Origin: Octopus bimaculoides
Lineage: Eukaryota
Assembly: GCF_001194135.2 (NCBI RefSeq)
Contig: NC_068986.1
Span: forward strand, 5,801,018 to 5,864,607
DNA length: 63,590 nt
Reading direction: 5' to 3'
The notes beneath the pieces are model-generated. The model had not been told where the DNA came from. It saw only the letters and a list, made by a program, of their open reading frames with translations, and made no database searches. A program made the position numbers and the translations under genes. Shown here piece after piece: positions 50,601-63,590 of this stretch; position 1 is the first letter of the stretch, and each line of letters starts with the position of its first letter.

Positions 50601-53600
50601 AACATATGTGACTACGCAAGTAAACAAAGATTTACGCGCGCGTACCCACACTGACACATACGTGTGTTTGTAAACGTTTATTTGAACAAGTGATTGAAAA
50701 ATGGTGACCAATTTAATGTTCAGCTGTTAGCATACTTCAAAGTGGTTGAAAGAATTTTTAAAAGACTTGCATTCCGTAACAGCTGCTGTCTAGATTAGTA
50801 GTTCTTTCATTATTTTATGAATAGAAGAGGCGGAAGCAGCTGAATTTTGAGTCTGTCTTGGATTCTGTATGATGATAGTAAGAAGAGGTATGGCAAGAAT
50901 AGAATAGTTTAGCCTGCCTTCTCGACGTATATGTGAAGGGACACAGAATTTCTTCTGGCCTATTCTGTATGTTATTTAAGATGGGGATAGACACAAAAGT
51001 GTCTTTGTTTCCTCCTCCAAGGGAATCCTTGTCATGTGCTTGTGCTTAATATATCTCTGGATTATAACTAATGTGTTAAATTTTTTAAATGATTTGATAC
51101 CTGTTGCACATAGGTAACCCAGCTATTGTATAATGGCAATAAAAAATTTAATGGTCCACCCACTTAAGTCATCTTACCTGTATGTGACTGTTGATTAAAA
51201 CTTCTACTATCGAAAGCCAACAAGGGATCCTCTCTGTAGCTGTTTGACTTGCTTAGAAATAGCCAAATCTTCCTTTAAATCACATCTTACCATTCTAAAA
51301 CAAAGGATGGTTTTGAATGTCTTCTGTTATAGCCCCAGGCCAATAAAGCCTTGTGACTGGACTTGATAGAGGGAAACTGAAAGAAGCACATCATATATGG
51401 CCAGCAAGAAAGAGACAGAATAAAGCGGGAAAGCTTGGATGTTGAATTCCACACATGCATGAGACTACGCATGCGCACGGCGTTTCTACAAGTGCGTGCA
51501 TGTGTGCACATATGCATGGGTGTGTGCACATATGCATGGGTGTGTGTTACTCTTTCCTTGCCTTTGACATCATGTGATAGTTGTAAACAAGTATCACCAT
51601 CATTCAAGCAGTGTCTTTTGATTCTAGTCTTCTGTGAAAACATATCTGGTCGTGGGGAAATATTACCTGATTTGGAAACAGGTTAGAGTTGCAAAGCGGA
51701 AGGGCATCTAGCTGTAAGAAATCTGCCTCAACAAATCCCATGTGAGCATGGGAAAGTGGGCATTAAAATGATGATAATGATGCTACAGGATAGTGCTACA
51801 ACAACAGGATAGTGAACATGGGGTTAAGCAACATGTAGTGGAAATGAACCCTAAACTACATGGCTCCAAAGCAGACTTCTTGACACAGAACCACATGTGA
51901 TATAGACAATCATCACTAGTTTCCTCAGATCTTAGTTTTGGCTAAAAATGGTATTATGTTTATAAATAGTGCCACATGAGAAGCATTGGTGTGGGTGCTG
52001 GTGTCACATAAAAAGCACCCAGTACACTTTGTGGAGTGGTTGGCATTTGGAAAGGCATCTAGTTGTAGAAACCGAGCCAAAACAGACAATGGAACCTGGT
52101 GCAGCCCCTGGCCTTGTCAGTTCCTGTCAAGCTGTCCAACCCAGGCCAGCATGGAAGTTGGGCACTAAATATTAATGATGCTGATGATGATAAAGCTGGG
52201 GCAAATTAGTGTCCATGGAATAGCTGAAAATTTTAATATTTAAAACAGAACATGATGTTGGAAATATTTTCTCATGTTATCTATTTGGTATCATCAGAAA
52301 ATTTCACCATTTGATGAAATGTTTCTGCATGAAATATCACACGTTTCCCCTTCCTCGGGAAAAAAACAACTTACTCCACTTTTGACCTGTTTCATCATCA
52401 TCATGACGTCAAGTTTTTGCTGCTTGCATAGTTCAAACAAAACTTTAGGCAAACTTTCTCTGGCCATATGTCCTTGATGCTACCAACCCTCACTTGTTTC
52501 CAAGCAAGGCAATATTTCCTGTAGTCCTTCAGATATCTAACAGCTCAACGGCTGGACACATTTTCACTGCAGATTGTAGTGGAATCAACATGCAATCATC
52601 AATACCAGACGGAGGCATACAGACATTTTGGATTTCTTACAGTTTCAGTCTACCAATTCCAATCACAAGGCCATAATAGAAGATATCTGCCCACCATACC
52701 ATGCAGTGGCAATTAACTCTGGACCACACAATTCTGAAGTCAACTCCTACCATTGGGTAAAGAGTAAAGACCCCCATGAATGACCATGAGATTACACCTA
52801 GAAAGTTACCCCCCAAAGCACAAATCTGGGCAAGGTTGTTTATGGAAGACCAACAGTCACCCATGTGTACCAACCTCCCCTCTCCATGCCACCGATCTTA
52901 TTGAAGGAAAAAGGAAAGACCAATACAGCTTGGCACCAATGACATCACAAACTCATTTCTGCAGCTGAATGAACTGGAGCAGTGTGAAATAAAGTGTCTT
53001 GCTCAAGAACACAACAAACAGCCCAGTCCAGGAATCAAACTCACTACCTCATGGTTGTGAGCCTGACACTCTAACCATGGAGCCATGCACCTTTACACAT
53101 CAATGCTAGTTAGTTTCCGTCTACCAAATCCACTCACAAGACTTTGGTTGGCCTGAGACTATAGTAGATGACATTTACCCAAGGTGCCATGCAGTGGGAC
53201 TGAATCTGGAACCATGTGATTGAAAAGTAAACTTCTTTACCATGTAGCCATACCTGCACNNNNNNNNNNNNNNNNNNNNNNNNNNNNNNNNNNNNNNNNN
53301 NNNNNNNNNNNNNNNNNNNNNNNNNNNNNNNNNNNNNNNNNNNNNNNNNNNNNNNNNNNNNNNNNNNNNNNNNNNNNNNNNNNNNNNNNNNNNNNNNNNN
53401 NNNNNNNNNNNNNNATATATATATATATATAAGAATCTGATAGTTTCTCAACATTTACAATTACCAAATAAACTAAACCACAAACAGCCTACTCTCACTA
53501 GAACTGTACATTATATCCATTCATATAATTCTCTTTCATTTTTTAGAAGGTAAACAACAACTGAATATGACGTTTATATTATAAGTCATTTCTATTGACA

Positions 53601-53749
53601 CACCAGTCAGCTAGCCTGGGAAGGACTCTGAATAGGCATTGTTGCTTGTCATATGATCAAAATATACAAAAAGTGTATATTTGTATTTTGCATTATACGA
53701 GATGCATTTTTTAATACAGATAGACATAATGAGACTGCAAATTTCTGAA

Positions 53750-53894
53750 ACTGTCTGTCTATCTGTTTGTCCACCCATCTACCTACCTACCTACCTACCT
53801 ACCTGCCTGCCTGTCTGTCTGTCTGTCTGCCTGTCTACCTATCTATCTGTCTACCTACCTACCTATCTATCTATCTACCTATCTATCTATCTAC

Positions 53895-53933
<39 letters not shown>

Positions 53934-54050
53934 CCTACCTATCTATCTATCTATCTATCTGTCTAACTACCTATCTATCTAACTACCTACCTACCTACCC
54001 ACCTACCCACCCATCTGATCATCCACCATTCATCCATCTATCTTTCTATA
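53750..54050. repeat. Compound tetranucleotide microsatellite (CTGT/CTAC/CTAT)n
   Basis: Direct inspection. Many (TA)n, (CA)n, (GA)n (e.g. 31083-31146), (ATT)n and (GAT)n tracts occur throughout the window. Confidence 0.95.
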
Positions 54051-56329
54051 TAAAAATGTGTGTGTGACTGTGTATGTTTGTATGGTGCTCCAGCATGGCT
54101 GCAGTCAAATGACTGAAACGAGTAAAAGAATAAAAGAATAAGAATATTTCAATGTGTATTTATCTTAGTATCAAAAAGTGAATGTATGCTGGAAGTTGTT
54201 GATTAAAGTTTCCCCCTCTCACTCTCTGGGAGAGAGGCACAAGCACATACACAGACGTATACACACACGGCAGTAACTTCTACCTACCAAATTCAATCAC
54301 AAGGCTTCGGTCAGCCCGGGGTTATAGCAGAAGACACTTGCCCAAGGTGCCACGCAGTGGGACTGAACCTGAAACCATGCAGCTGGGAAGCAAGCTTCCT
54401 AACCACACAGCCATGCTCGTGCCTACTTCGTACATGCATAACCGGTTTTGCATAGATGCACATCTTTTGAAGGGATAAGTCAAGCTATTTAAAGTTTTCT
54501 AAAATTTTTCTGAAAATTCCCCCAAGAATATTGTATTTCTTGTTTGTAAGTAATATAGTTGACCTTGGAAAATGTATAGATTAGAAAAATAATGAAATTT
54601 AGAATGATTATGTAAATTAGTACAAAAGAGTAAAAAAAAAAACAACAAAAAAACTGCATGTTTTCTGAGAAAATAAAAGTTGTGAGAACAAAAGAAGTTT
54701 ATTTTTAGGTCTCTATTTATTTGCACATTTTTATGGAACTCCAGTTGAACTTTCTTCTGACTGGCTGAGATGCAACAAGTGTAAGTGAACCAGTAGTTTC
54801 AGACCAAGAGTGTCCGCTTTCTTTTAACTCAGATTATTCTGTTTAATATATTGCTTATTTATTCACATTTTGTAAAATTAATCGTGTATTATTTTGCATC
54901 TTCCATATTTTGAAAATGTGATTGCTTAGTTTTTAGAATGACCTTTGAAGGGTAGGTGTGAGAGGCAGGATCTAGCTATTTTCAGCATAAAACAGGTAGA
55001 ACATTTTGGCCAGATGTGGATGATTTAACTCTTTAATATTTAATCTCACTGTATCTGGCTCAAATATTCTACCTAATTTATGTAAAAACAGACCAAATCT
55101 AACCCTGCAAAGTCATTCTAAAAATATACAAACACAGCATTGAAATCTTGAAGCTGCAAGATAATGCATGATTAATTCAAAACAATGTGAATAAATAAGC
55201 AGATTAATCTGAATGCTAAAGGGTTAAAGCAATTTATCCAAAATATAATTCATGTATTCATTTCAGATATGAAACTTTGGATGAGACTGTGTATCACTGT
55301 TATTTACAAAATAAGTCATTTGGTTTGTAACAAAGTAAACTGCTCTCTTTTTGCCTTTTCCTCTTGTCTTGTTCTTTTATCTTTCACTTGTTTCAATCAT
55401 TAGACTGTACCACCTTGAAGAATGAATCAATCCCAATACTTAATTTTTAAAGCCTGGTACTTATTCTATTGGTTTCTTTGCTGAACTGCTAACTTACATG
55501 GACTTCATCACATCAAAACTGGTTGTCAAGCAGTGGTGGGGAATACACACACACACACACACGCATGTACACACGCGTGCAACAAACTTCTGTCAATTTC
55601 TGCTAACCAAATCCACTCAAGGCTTTGGTTGGCCTAAGGTTATAATAGTAAAACACACTTGCCCAAGATGCCATACAGTGGGACTGAACCCAGAACCATG
55701 TGGTTTGGAATCAAACTTTTTATCACATAGCCATGCCTGTTATTGATTTTTTTTTTCAAAAACTTTGTAGTATGAAGCATGTATGGTAGAAGACTCCTGG
55801 GACTTCTTTCATCCTCATTTTATGGTTTTCAAGTTGATTTTAATCTACTTTCACCTTCTTCTCATTAGAGCATTGTACTATAATTGTGTACAAAATTTTG
55901 TTTCCATTGTTAATCCTGTTTCAATGGCCTAATTTAGCTTTTTGAACTCTTTCTGTTGCAGGAAAACAGAAGTTTTATTTATAGAACTTGCATGGTTGCA
56001 TGCTATTATTGATATACTTTTATTTTCAAATGGCAATATTTAACCCTCAGAAAACTGGGTATAAAAGGCATCAGATGTAGTGTGCAAGAGAGAAGACTGT
56101 GATGTATTTGGTCATATGATGTGTATGTATGTATGTATGTATACATATATATANNNNNNNNNNNNNNNNNNNNNNNNNNNNNNNNNNNNNNNNNNNNNNN
56201 NNNNNNNNNNNNNNNNNNNNNNNNNNNNNNNNNNNNNNNNNNNNNNNNNNNNNCTGGCTTATCGACACACGACTGTGTCCTGTTTGCCAAGGGAGTTATC
56301 CAGTCAAGTACTGTACTGGGAGGTCAATG

Positions 56330-57618
56330 TAAATGACTTGCTGTCTCCTCTGAAAATTGCTGACCTTGTACCAAAATTTGAAAGAATTATTATTCTTTTC
56401 TACTTTGCCTTTCATCCTTTCGGTGTTGATGAAATAAGTAAGATTTAAATACTGGGAATTGGTGTAATTGATCAGCCTCCTCTCTTCCAAATTTCAGGCA
56501 TAATTATTATTTTCATGTTCTGAGTTTAAATTCTGCTAGAGTTGACTTTGCCTTTCATCCTTTTGAGGTCGATAAGTACCAGTTGCATACTGGGGTCAAT
56601 CTAATCGACTTGCCCCCTACCCCCAAAATTTTGGGCTTTGTGCCTATAGTAGAAATGATTATTATTATTCTTCTCAAGGCTATGAACTGGCAGAATTGTT
56701 AGCATACTGGATGAAATGTTTAACATCATTTCATCGGAATTTACATTGAGTTCAAATTCTACTATGGTTGACTTTGCCTTTAATCCTTTCAGGGTTGGTA
56801 AAATAAGTACCAGTCGAACTCTAGGGTTAATGTAATTGACTGGCCCTTCCCCAAATTTCAGGCCTAATCCCTATAGTAGAAAGAATTATTATTATTAAGG
56901 TGATGAGCTGGCAGAATTGTCAGTTCTCTAGATAAAATTTTCATCCATCTTCATGTTCTGAGTTCAAATTCCACCAAGGTCAACTTCGCCTTTCATTCTT
57001 TTGGAGGTTGATAAAATTAAGTACCAGTGTTTGATGTGATTGACTTTACCTCCTCCCCCTACAATTTCAGGGTTTGTGCCTTTCATTGAAAGGATTATTA
57101 TTATTATTATTAAGTACTAGTGAAACACGTGTTGATGTAATTGACTAAGTACCCCCACCCCAAATTTCAGGCCTTGTGCCTAAAATAGAAAGCATTATTA
57201 TTAAGGTGGTGAGCTGGCAGAATCATTAGCATGCTGGGAAAAATGCTTAGTGGTATTTTGTCCATCTTTACATTCTGAGTTCAAATTCCACCTAGGTTGA
57301 CTTTGCCTTTTATCGTATCGGGGTCGTTAAATTAAGTACCAGTTGAGTACTGGTATTGATGTAATCAATTTGCCCCTTCCTCCAAAATTTCAGGCCTTGT
57401 GTCGATAGTAGAAAGGATTATTGTTAAGGTGGTGAATCATTAGCATGCTGGGAAAAATGCTTAGCATTATTTCATCTGTCTTTACGTTCTCAGTTCAAAT
57501 TCCACTGAGGTTGACGTCACCTGTCATCCTTTAGGGGTTGATAAATTAACCACTGGGGTTGATAAAACCAACTAGCCCCTCCCCCAAAATTTCAGGCCTT
57601 GTGCCTATAGTAGAAAGG

Positions 57619-57659
<41 letters not shown>

Positions 57660-57660
57660 C
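56330..57660 (+). repeat. Head-to-tail array of about 8 full or partial family B SINE copies separated by (ATT)n
   Basis: Recurrent ctttgcctttcatcctt / aagtaccag / aaatttcaggccttgtgcc / gaaaggattattatt units. Confidence 0.85.
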
Positions 57661-59517
57661 CAGTGCATATATAAAGTAGATAAGTTCACATTCATTTTTA
57701 CAGTCATATTACACTTATTAAAAGACAATTACTTTTCCGGGATTTTGCTAGAATATTTTGCATATTTGACTGCCCTCAAATATCATTTTCAGTTGTGTAT
57801 ACTCCCTAATTGCTGACACATACCTCCACTTGTTACCTCAGTTCTTACTGTCTACTTCATCTTAATGTTAATTTCATATTTCAAAGTATCTTATACACCA
57901 TTTCAAGACTGTTTCACTATAATTAAAATAAAATTAAAAATAAATTTGTGTAAATAAATACTTAGAAGTTGACTGACACTATGGACTTATCAAATATTTG
58001 CAGGATAATTTTAATTAATTTTTAGATTGATATATTTACTTACTTCCACAAATATATGTTTAGATGCTAATTTAAGATTTTAAGATATTGTGTATAAAAA
58101 AATGAAAAATGAATCATGGTAGCTACATACTGCTTTTGTTTTTTAATTAATTTAATTTGATCAATTTTGTTTTTATTGTTTTGTTCTATTAGTAAATATG
58201 GATTTGTTTTGAGCATTGAATCTAAAGCTGTGTTTCATAACCCGGTGGTAGCACCCCCTTGGGGGCATTGTAAACTCACAAGAGGCTGTTGTGGGGAAGT
58301 GGGGGCAGTAGAGGTTTAGAGGGATCATGATTTTTCTTAGAAATTAGATATTTAAACTAAGTGTAATACTTATATTTTAACCTTTTAGCATTTAATTTGG
58401 CCATATCTGGCCCAAATATTCTACTTGTTTTTATGTTAAAACTGGCCAGATCCAACCTCTCACACATACCTTACAATGCCACTCTAAAAATATACAAATA
58501 CACGATTGAAGTCGTTAAGCTACAAGGTAATGTGTGATCAGTTCAAATTAATGTGAATAAATAAGCAATTAATTTGACAAGGAAATCTGAATGTTAACAG
58601 GTTAAACATGTTTATAAAAAAATGAATTTGTTTTGAATTTAGAATATGTTTAAAATATGTTATGTGTGAGAAGAAGCATAATTGATGAGCCAAGATCCAG
58701 TAGAATTTTGTTATATAAGTTCTCACCTTTAATAATTTCCATAAAAATTTAACATGGGAGCACTAGTTCAAGCAAATATAAAGAAGCAGATCCTGGAAGG
58801 AGTAGTATAGGAACATATGGATAATAAACCATTTCACAAAATTGACTTCTACTTGATTAAAGTAGTTGGGTGTTTTAAAATGAAATTTAATAAAAGGAAC
58901 TGTTAAGCTACAAGAGTTTGTGATTGATTGCTCTGAAACAAGGTTTACTAAAGATAAACAATTAGTCAAAACCTGTTAGATTGATAAAGTTAGATGTTCA
59001 AAGTTCATTTTGAGTTTTAAAAACATTTTTCTTTTACTCAGCAACATTTTGTTTGTCAAAATATATGAAGTATGCGGATTGAAAAGTTACAGTAATGTCT
59101 CATTTAAAAATATGTTCTATTTTTTTTTTTTAACACGTACATTGTCACCATGCATAAACCACTCACTATCAGGGTCAATGGGAAGTCCTATATTTTCACT
59201 GCTTTCAGATTTAATGTTTCAGGAAATGCATTCCTTGATTTATATTTCACAGTATTTGTTGAAACTGCTGATATTTTTTTGTAAACCTCAGTAAATATTT
59301 TATGGTGGCAACAAGCCGTGTGCCTATAATCAAGAAGATTGTTGTTGTTGTTGTTGTTATCTGGTGCATATATAAAGTAGACAAATTCACATACATTTTT
59401 GCAGTCACATTACATTAATTAAAAGACTTTTGTTAAGGATTTAGCTAGAATATTTTGCGCATTTGGATGTCCTCAGATATCATTTACAATTGTGTTTACT
59501 CTCTAATTGCTGACACA
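57658..59517 (+). repeat. About 160-bp direct repeat pair (57658-57820 and 59358-59517)
   Basis: Both read atc..gtgcatatataaagtaga..aa.ttcacat.catttt..cagtca.attaca...gctagaatattttgc...ctaattgctgacaca; roughly 80% identical by eye. Confidence 0.8.
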
Positions 59518-59707
59518 GTTGGGGAGGCCTCTTCTCCATTTCATCATGAAAATTGGTTTAAATCATCGTTTATTTTCTGTTGTTAATGAATTCAAACTTA
59601 AGTCAACTACAAAACTAGTATCTTCAAATTAATTATTAATATTTTCAGAGTTGAAATAAATTTTTTCCAGTTTCTCTGCTTTGGTTTTAACTATTTTATT
59701 GTTTTAA

Positions 59708-59928
59708 CCCTTTAGCATTCAGATTACTTTGTCAAATGTAATGCTTATTAATTCAAATTGCTTTGAATTAATCCGGCTTATCTTGTAGCCTCAAGATTTC
59801 TTTGATGTAATTGTTTATTTTTTTGACTAACCTTGTAGGGTAGGAGTAAGAGGTATGATCTGGCCACTTTGATTATAAAACACAGTAGAATATTTGGGCC
59901 TGTTATGTCTGGTTTAAATGCTAAAGAG
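59708..59928. mobile_element. About 220-bp TTAA-flanked piggyBac-type MITE (representative copy)
   Basis: TTAA|CCCTTTAGCATT ... AATGCTAAAGAG|TTAA. Other copies at 2913-3127, 38193-38367, about 54825-55027, 55028-55223, 58381-58601 and 60449-60674. Confidence 0.75.
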
Positions 59929-62900
59929 TTAATGTGACTGAATGGTATTCGTGTTCTATGTTTTTTGTAGTTACCAAAATGTAAATGTTAGGTTAACAAT
60001 TTTGCAATAGCTCTTCTCAAGTTACATTACTGATAATTCTCAGATAATGTTTCACAATCTCTTGATGGTGACTTGGTTGTTTTCCCAGTTTTTGTTTTTT
60101 CACAACCCATTAAAAAGCAATATTATGTTTTATTAAAAATATAAAAAGCATATTGAAAGAAATTTTAAATATAATGAACCTTTACACCAAGTTGCATTTT
60201 AGCTAATATAAATCACCAACTTGAAATGATTCAGTTACATTTCTATCTTTGAAAGGAGTAATTATTAATATAAAAGAATTTGTACCATAATGGAAAAGTT
60301 CACTAAAATTTCCTGTGTTGCAAGAATGAAGTGTTTGCTGAATTCTTATTGGACTACGCTCAAGACTTGACGGTTGTAAAACTGGTTCAGACCTGGGTAG
60401 GAGCAGGAGACCTGTAAATATCAATGATTAAACAACACTTTGATTTAACCTTTTAGCATTAAGATTATTACTCTGTCAAATGTAAGGCTTATTTATTCAT
60501 ATTGTTTTGAATCAATCATGCATTATTTCATAGCTTCAATATTTTGATACTGTGATTGTTTATCTTCAGAATGATATTGTAGGATAGATCTGATGAGAGG
60601 CCAAGTCTGGCTCGTTTGAACATAAAACAGATTGAATATTTTGGCTGGATATGGCCTGTTTAAATGCTAAAGGGTCAAGGGCCAAAGCAGCTGATAAGAT
60701 TTGATACAGTTAAAATAGTTTATAGCAGTTCAGTTCCAAGTTGTTTTTGTTTGCTACCATAAAGTTTTTGAACTGATAAGTTAGTTTACTTTTTGCTGAT
60801 TCAACATTAAAGAGAAAGTAGAATGTTGGCAGTAGCTACTCTGTAAATAGATCTACCAAATGGTTATGGTTGGAATGGTTTTTATCATAGCCCCTGTTCA
60901 ATCAGGGAAAGCCTGGCTTTAAACAATGATGAATCAAAATATGGTAAAAGCAAAAGATCACATAAACAATCTGAGCAATGAAGTAAAGTTGTAGTTATGG
61001 TTACAGTTTCTCTCTCTCTTTCAACATGGAAAAGTGGACGTCCAATGAGGTTGCATGCACACATTTTTTTATGTCTAAGTTTCTTTCATGCTCTATCAGT
61101 TATCTCTATCCACCCCACACCCAATTCCTTTCATCTTTATTCATGAGTTAATAGATTGGCATGTTCAGAGGTTATTCCAAACTTATTTAATTAGTGGAAT
61201 TTCAGCAACGATCCTACTGGAACTTATTTCCTATCTCCATAGTTTGATCTATTGTAAATTAAACTATGTCACCATTTCAGTCATGTTCCACTCCCACCCT
61301 TATTTTACAAAGGAAAACAAAGTTTGTCATCACTTCATAATGTAATCATTTAAATATTTCATTTTATGAAAATAATCCTAACTGATTACATTTTTCATTC
61401 TCTCCCTACCCCTCTCTCTCATTATATTTCTCCCTCTATCAAAATATCATTCTCCCACAATTTTGCTTGTGTTTCCTTCTTTTCTCCTGTCTCTCTCTAT
61501 TTTCTTTATTTTCTTTGTTTAATTATTGTTTGAAATTTTTTGGAAAACAAGAGAAACCAATTAACCACTTTAATTATATTTGATTTTTTTCTAAAAAGTA
61601 ATTTCAGTGCATGAAATATTATGCAATCATGTTTCAAATAAACAAACAACTGAATTATATATATATATGTGTGTGTGTGTTCTTGTATTCTCTTGTTGTA
61701 TTCTGCAAATGTGAAATTATACAGTAGCAGTATTGATTCATTTGAAGGTAGTTTTTGTAAAATTTCAAAACTCATTTTAGAATTGATATTTACCTCTTTT
61801 TTCTTAAGTTATTTATATATACATCTGAATAGAATTTTATTTCTTGAACTAGTTTTATTACTCAATGTTTAATATTATTGTCCCTTGTCTTAATTGCTGT
61901 TATATGTTCTTATTTATTAAACTGACCATTGAGTGATGGTACTTTAAAAAATCATTTCCTTTCACAACTTTCTGTTCATTTTCCTCTGTATGTCTGTTCC
62001 AAATTAGTTTCCCCTTTGACATGTTTTTATGTTACCAACAAGGTGAAATATATATTGCAGTTGGATATCTCTGTAAACCTAGACACAGAAATATTGCAAT
62101 TATTAGAGTAAAACACAGATCTTGAATTCTTTCTTGGGTTTGCAGGCCCATGACAGAAATTTTGTTTAATGTTTTTGTTGCCGTAGCAAGGCTATGTGGT
62201 TAAGAAGTTCACTTCACAACATGTAGTTTCAGGTTTCATCCTCCATTCACTACTTTGAACAAACAAATAAAGGTTGACAACAAAATGAGTACCCAGCTAT
62301 GGAATGCTGCTTCAGTAAGCCTCATAGAACCCAGTATGGAAAAAGTGAACAAGAATGATGATAGTGGTGGTGATGATGATGATGATATTTCTCCAGAGTC
62401 AATTTGAAAGTGAACAATCCACTTTAACATTATCAATTCTGTTAAGTTTAGGTTTTGTGATTGGTTGTATTAAAATCCTTGGATTATGTCTGATTATTCC
62501 TTCCAGATCTTTCTTTAATTGCTGTTAGTCTCCAACACAGATGCAAACAATCTACTGTTAAGAGAACAGGGATAAGGTATTATAGATGATGTGTCAAATG
62601 TTGGTGAAAGTACATTTCACTGTCCTTGTAAAGAAGTTCAGTTTGTAAAATCAACCTTGACACATAAACTGCTGAATAGCTTACCAATTATTAAGTCTAG
62701 ATCAGTATTTTACAATTGTGCCACAGCCTTGCCTTTAAATTTAGCAATTTGTATCTGGAACTTGATTTTGATCAGAGACCATCTTTGTTGGACATACCCT
62801 TAAGATTATTACTTGAAAATCACTTAACATCTTTGAGAAATTTTGAGTTAAGGATTTAGCTGTTGTACATTCAAGGGTCTAGTTTGGTTTTGAAAAGTGA

Positions 62901-63088
62901 TGTAAGTACATGTAAGGTGATTAGTGGCATATTTTATAAATATCTACTTTAAATGATATTGTTGATAATTAGAATATAATAATAGACATGGTTGACCTTC
63001 AGGAACTGGATTTAAAGTTGAAATTACAAGAAATTATATCTATCTATCTCTCTCTCTCTCTCTCTCTATCTGTCTATCTGTCTGTCTA

Positions 63089-63159
<71 letters not shown>

Positions 63160-63590
63160 ACTCTTTTACTTGTTTCAGTCATCTGATTGCGGCCATGCTG
63201 GAGCACCGCCTTTATAGTTGAGGAAATCAACCCCAGAGCTTATTTTTGTAAGCCTAGTACTTATTCTATAGGTCTCTTTTGCTGAACCGCTAAGTTACAG
63301 GGACACAAACACACCAGCATCGGCTGTCAAGCGATGCTGGGGGTACAAACAGACACACAAACATATACACACACACATACATATACACACACATACATAC
63401 ATACATATACACACACACACACACACACACATATACGATGTGCTTCTTCCAGTTTCCGTCTACCAAATCCACTCACAAGGCTTTGGTCATCCTGAGGCTA
63501 TAGTAAAAGACACTTGCCCAAGGTGTCATGCAGTGGGACTGAACCCGGGACCATGTGGTTGGTAAGCAAGCTACTTACCACACAGCCACT

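Larger units (their letters stand above)
1017..56253. other. Assembly gaps (N runs)
   Basis: N at 1017-1128, 26631-26777, 34337-34402, 38543-38559, 40190-40199, 45065-45083, 53260-53414 and 56154-56253, most flanked by (TA)n. Confidence 0.99.

Noticed and set aside
47694-63590. Downstream PPP1R14 exons (expected acidic EIDxDELLD-type segment)
   Set aside because: Phase-0 acceptor candidates checked (55266, about 55960, about 59224, about 62585) give early stops or unrelated peptides; the exons probably lie beyond the window.

Overview
AT-rich, microsatellite- and SINE-laden animal genomic DNA with 8 assembly gaps. The repeat families suggest an Octopus (coleoid cephalopod) genome; this is an inference. 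Two intron-containing genes are transcribed divergently about 11 kb apart. (1) On the minus strand, an LRP11/SPINT-family-like gene: signal peptide, furin site, MANEC domain, Thr-rich stalk, 6-Cys EB/EGF-like module, LDLa domain and a 360-aa Q/N/Y-rich exon. Its five exons (35732 to 13445) join in frame with canonical GT-AG sites; no transmembrane or terminal exon was found in the window. (2) On the plus strand, a PPP1R14 (CPI-17/PHI-1/KEPI) PP1-inhibitor gene with its first coding exon at 47415-47693 and a TATA/Inr promoter; later exons were not found. The intergenic region is packed with decayed elements: two Penelope-like GIY-YIG fragments (one with a tRNA-like head and a minimal hammerhead ribozyme in its 3' region), two REL-endonuclease (HERO-like) LINE fragments, a DD34D mariner and a hAT-like MITE. 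Introns hold RTE LINEs with a PHD finger inserted in the RT, TTAA-flanked MITEs, a tandem SINE array and long foldback palindromes. The most notable observation is that the head-to-head MANEC/LDLa gene + PPP1R14 arrangement mirrors the vertebrate pairs LRP11-PPP1R14C, SPINT1-PPP1R14D and SPINT2-PPP1R14A.
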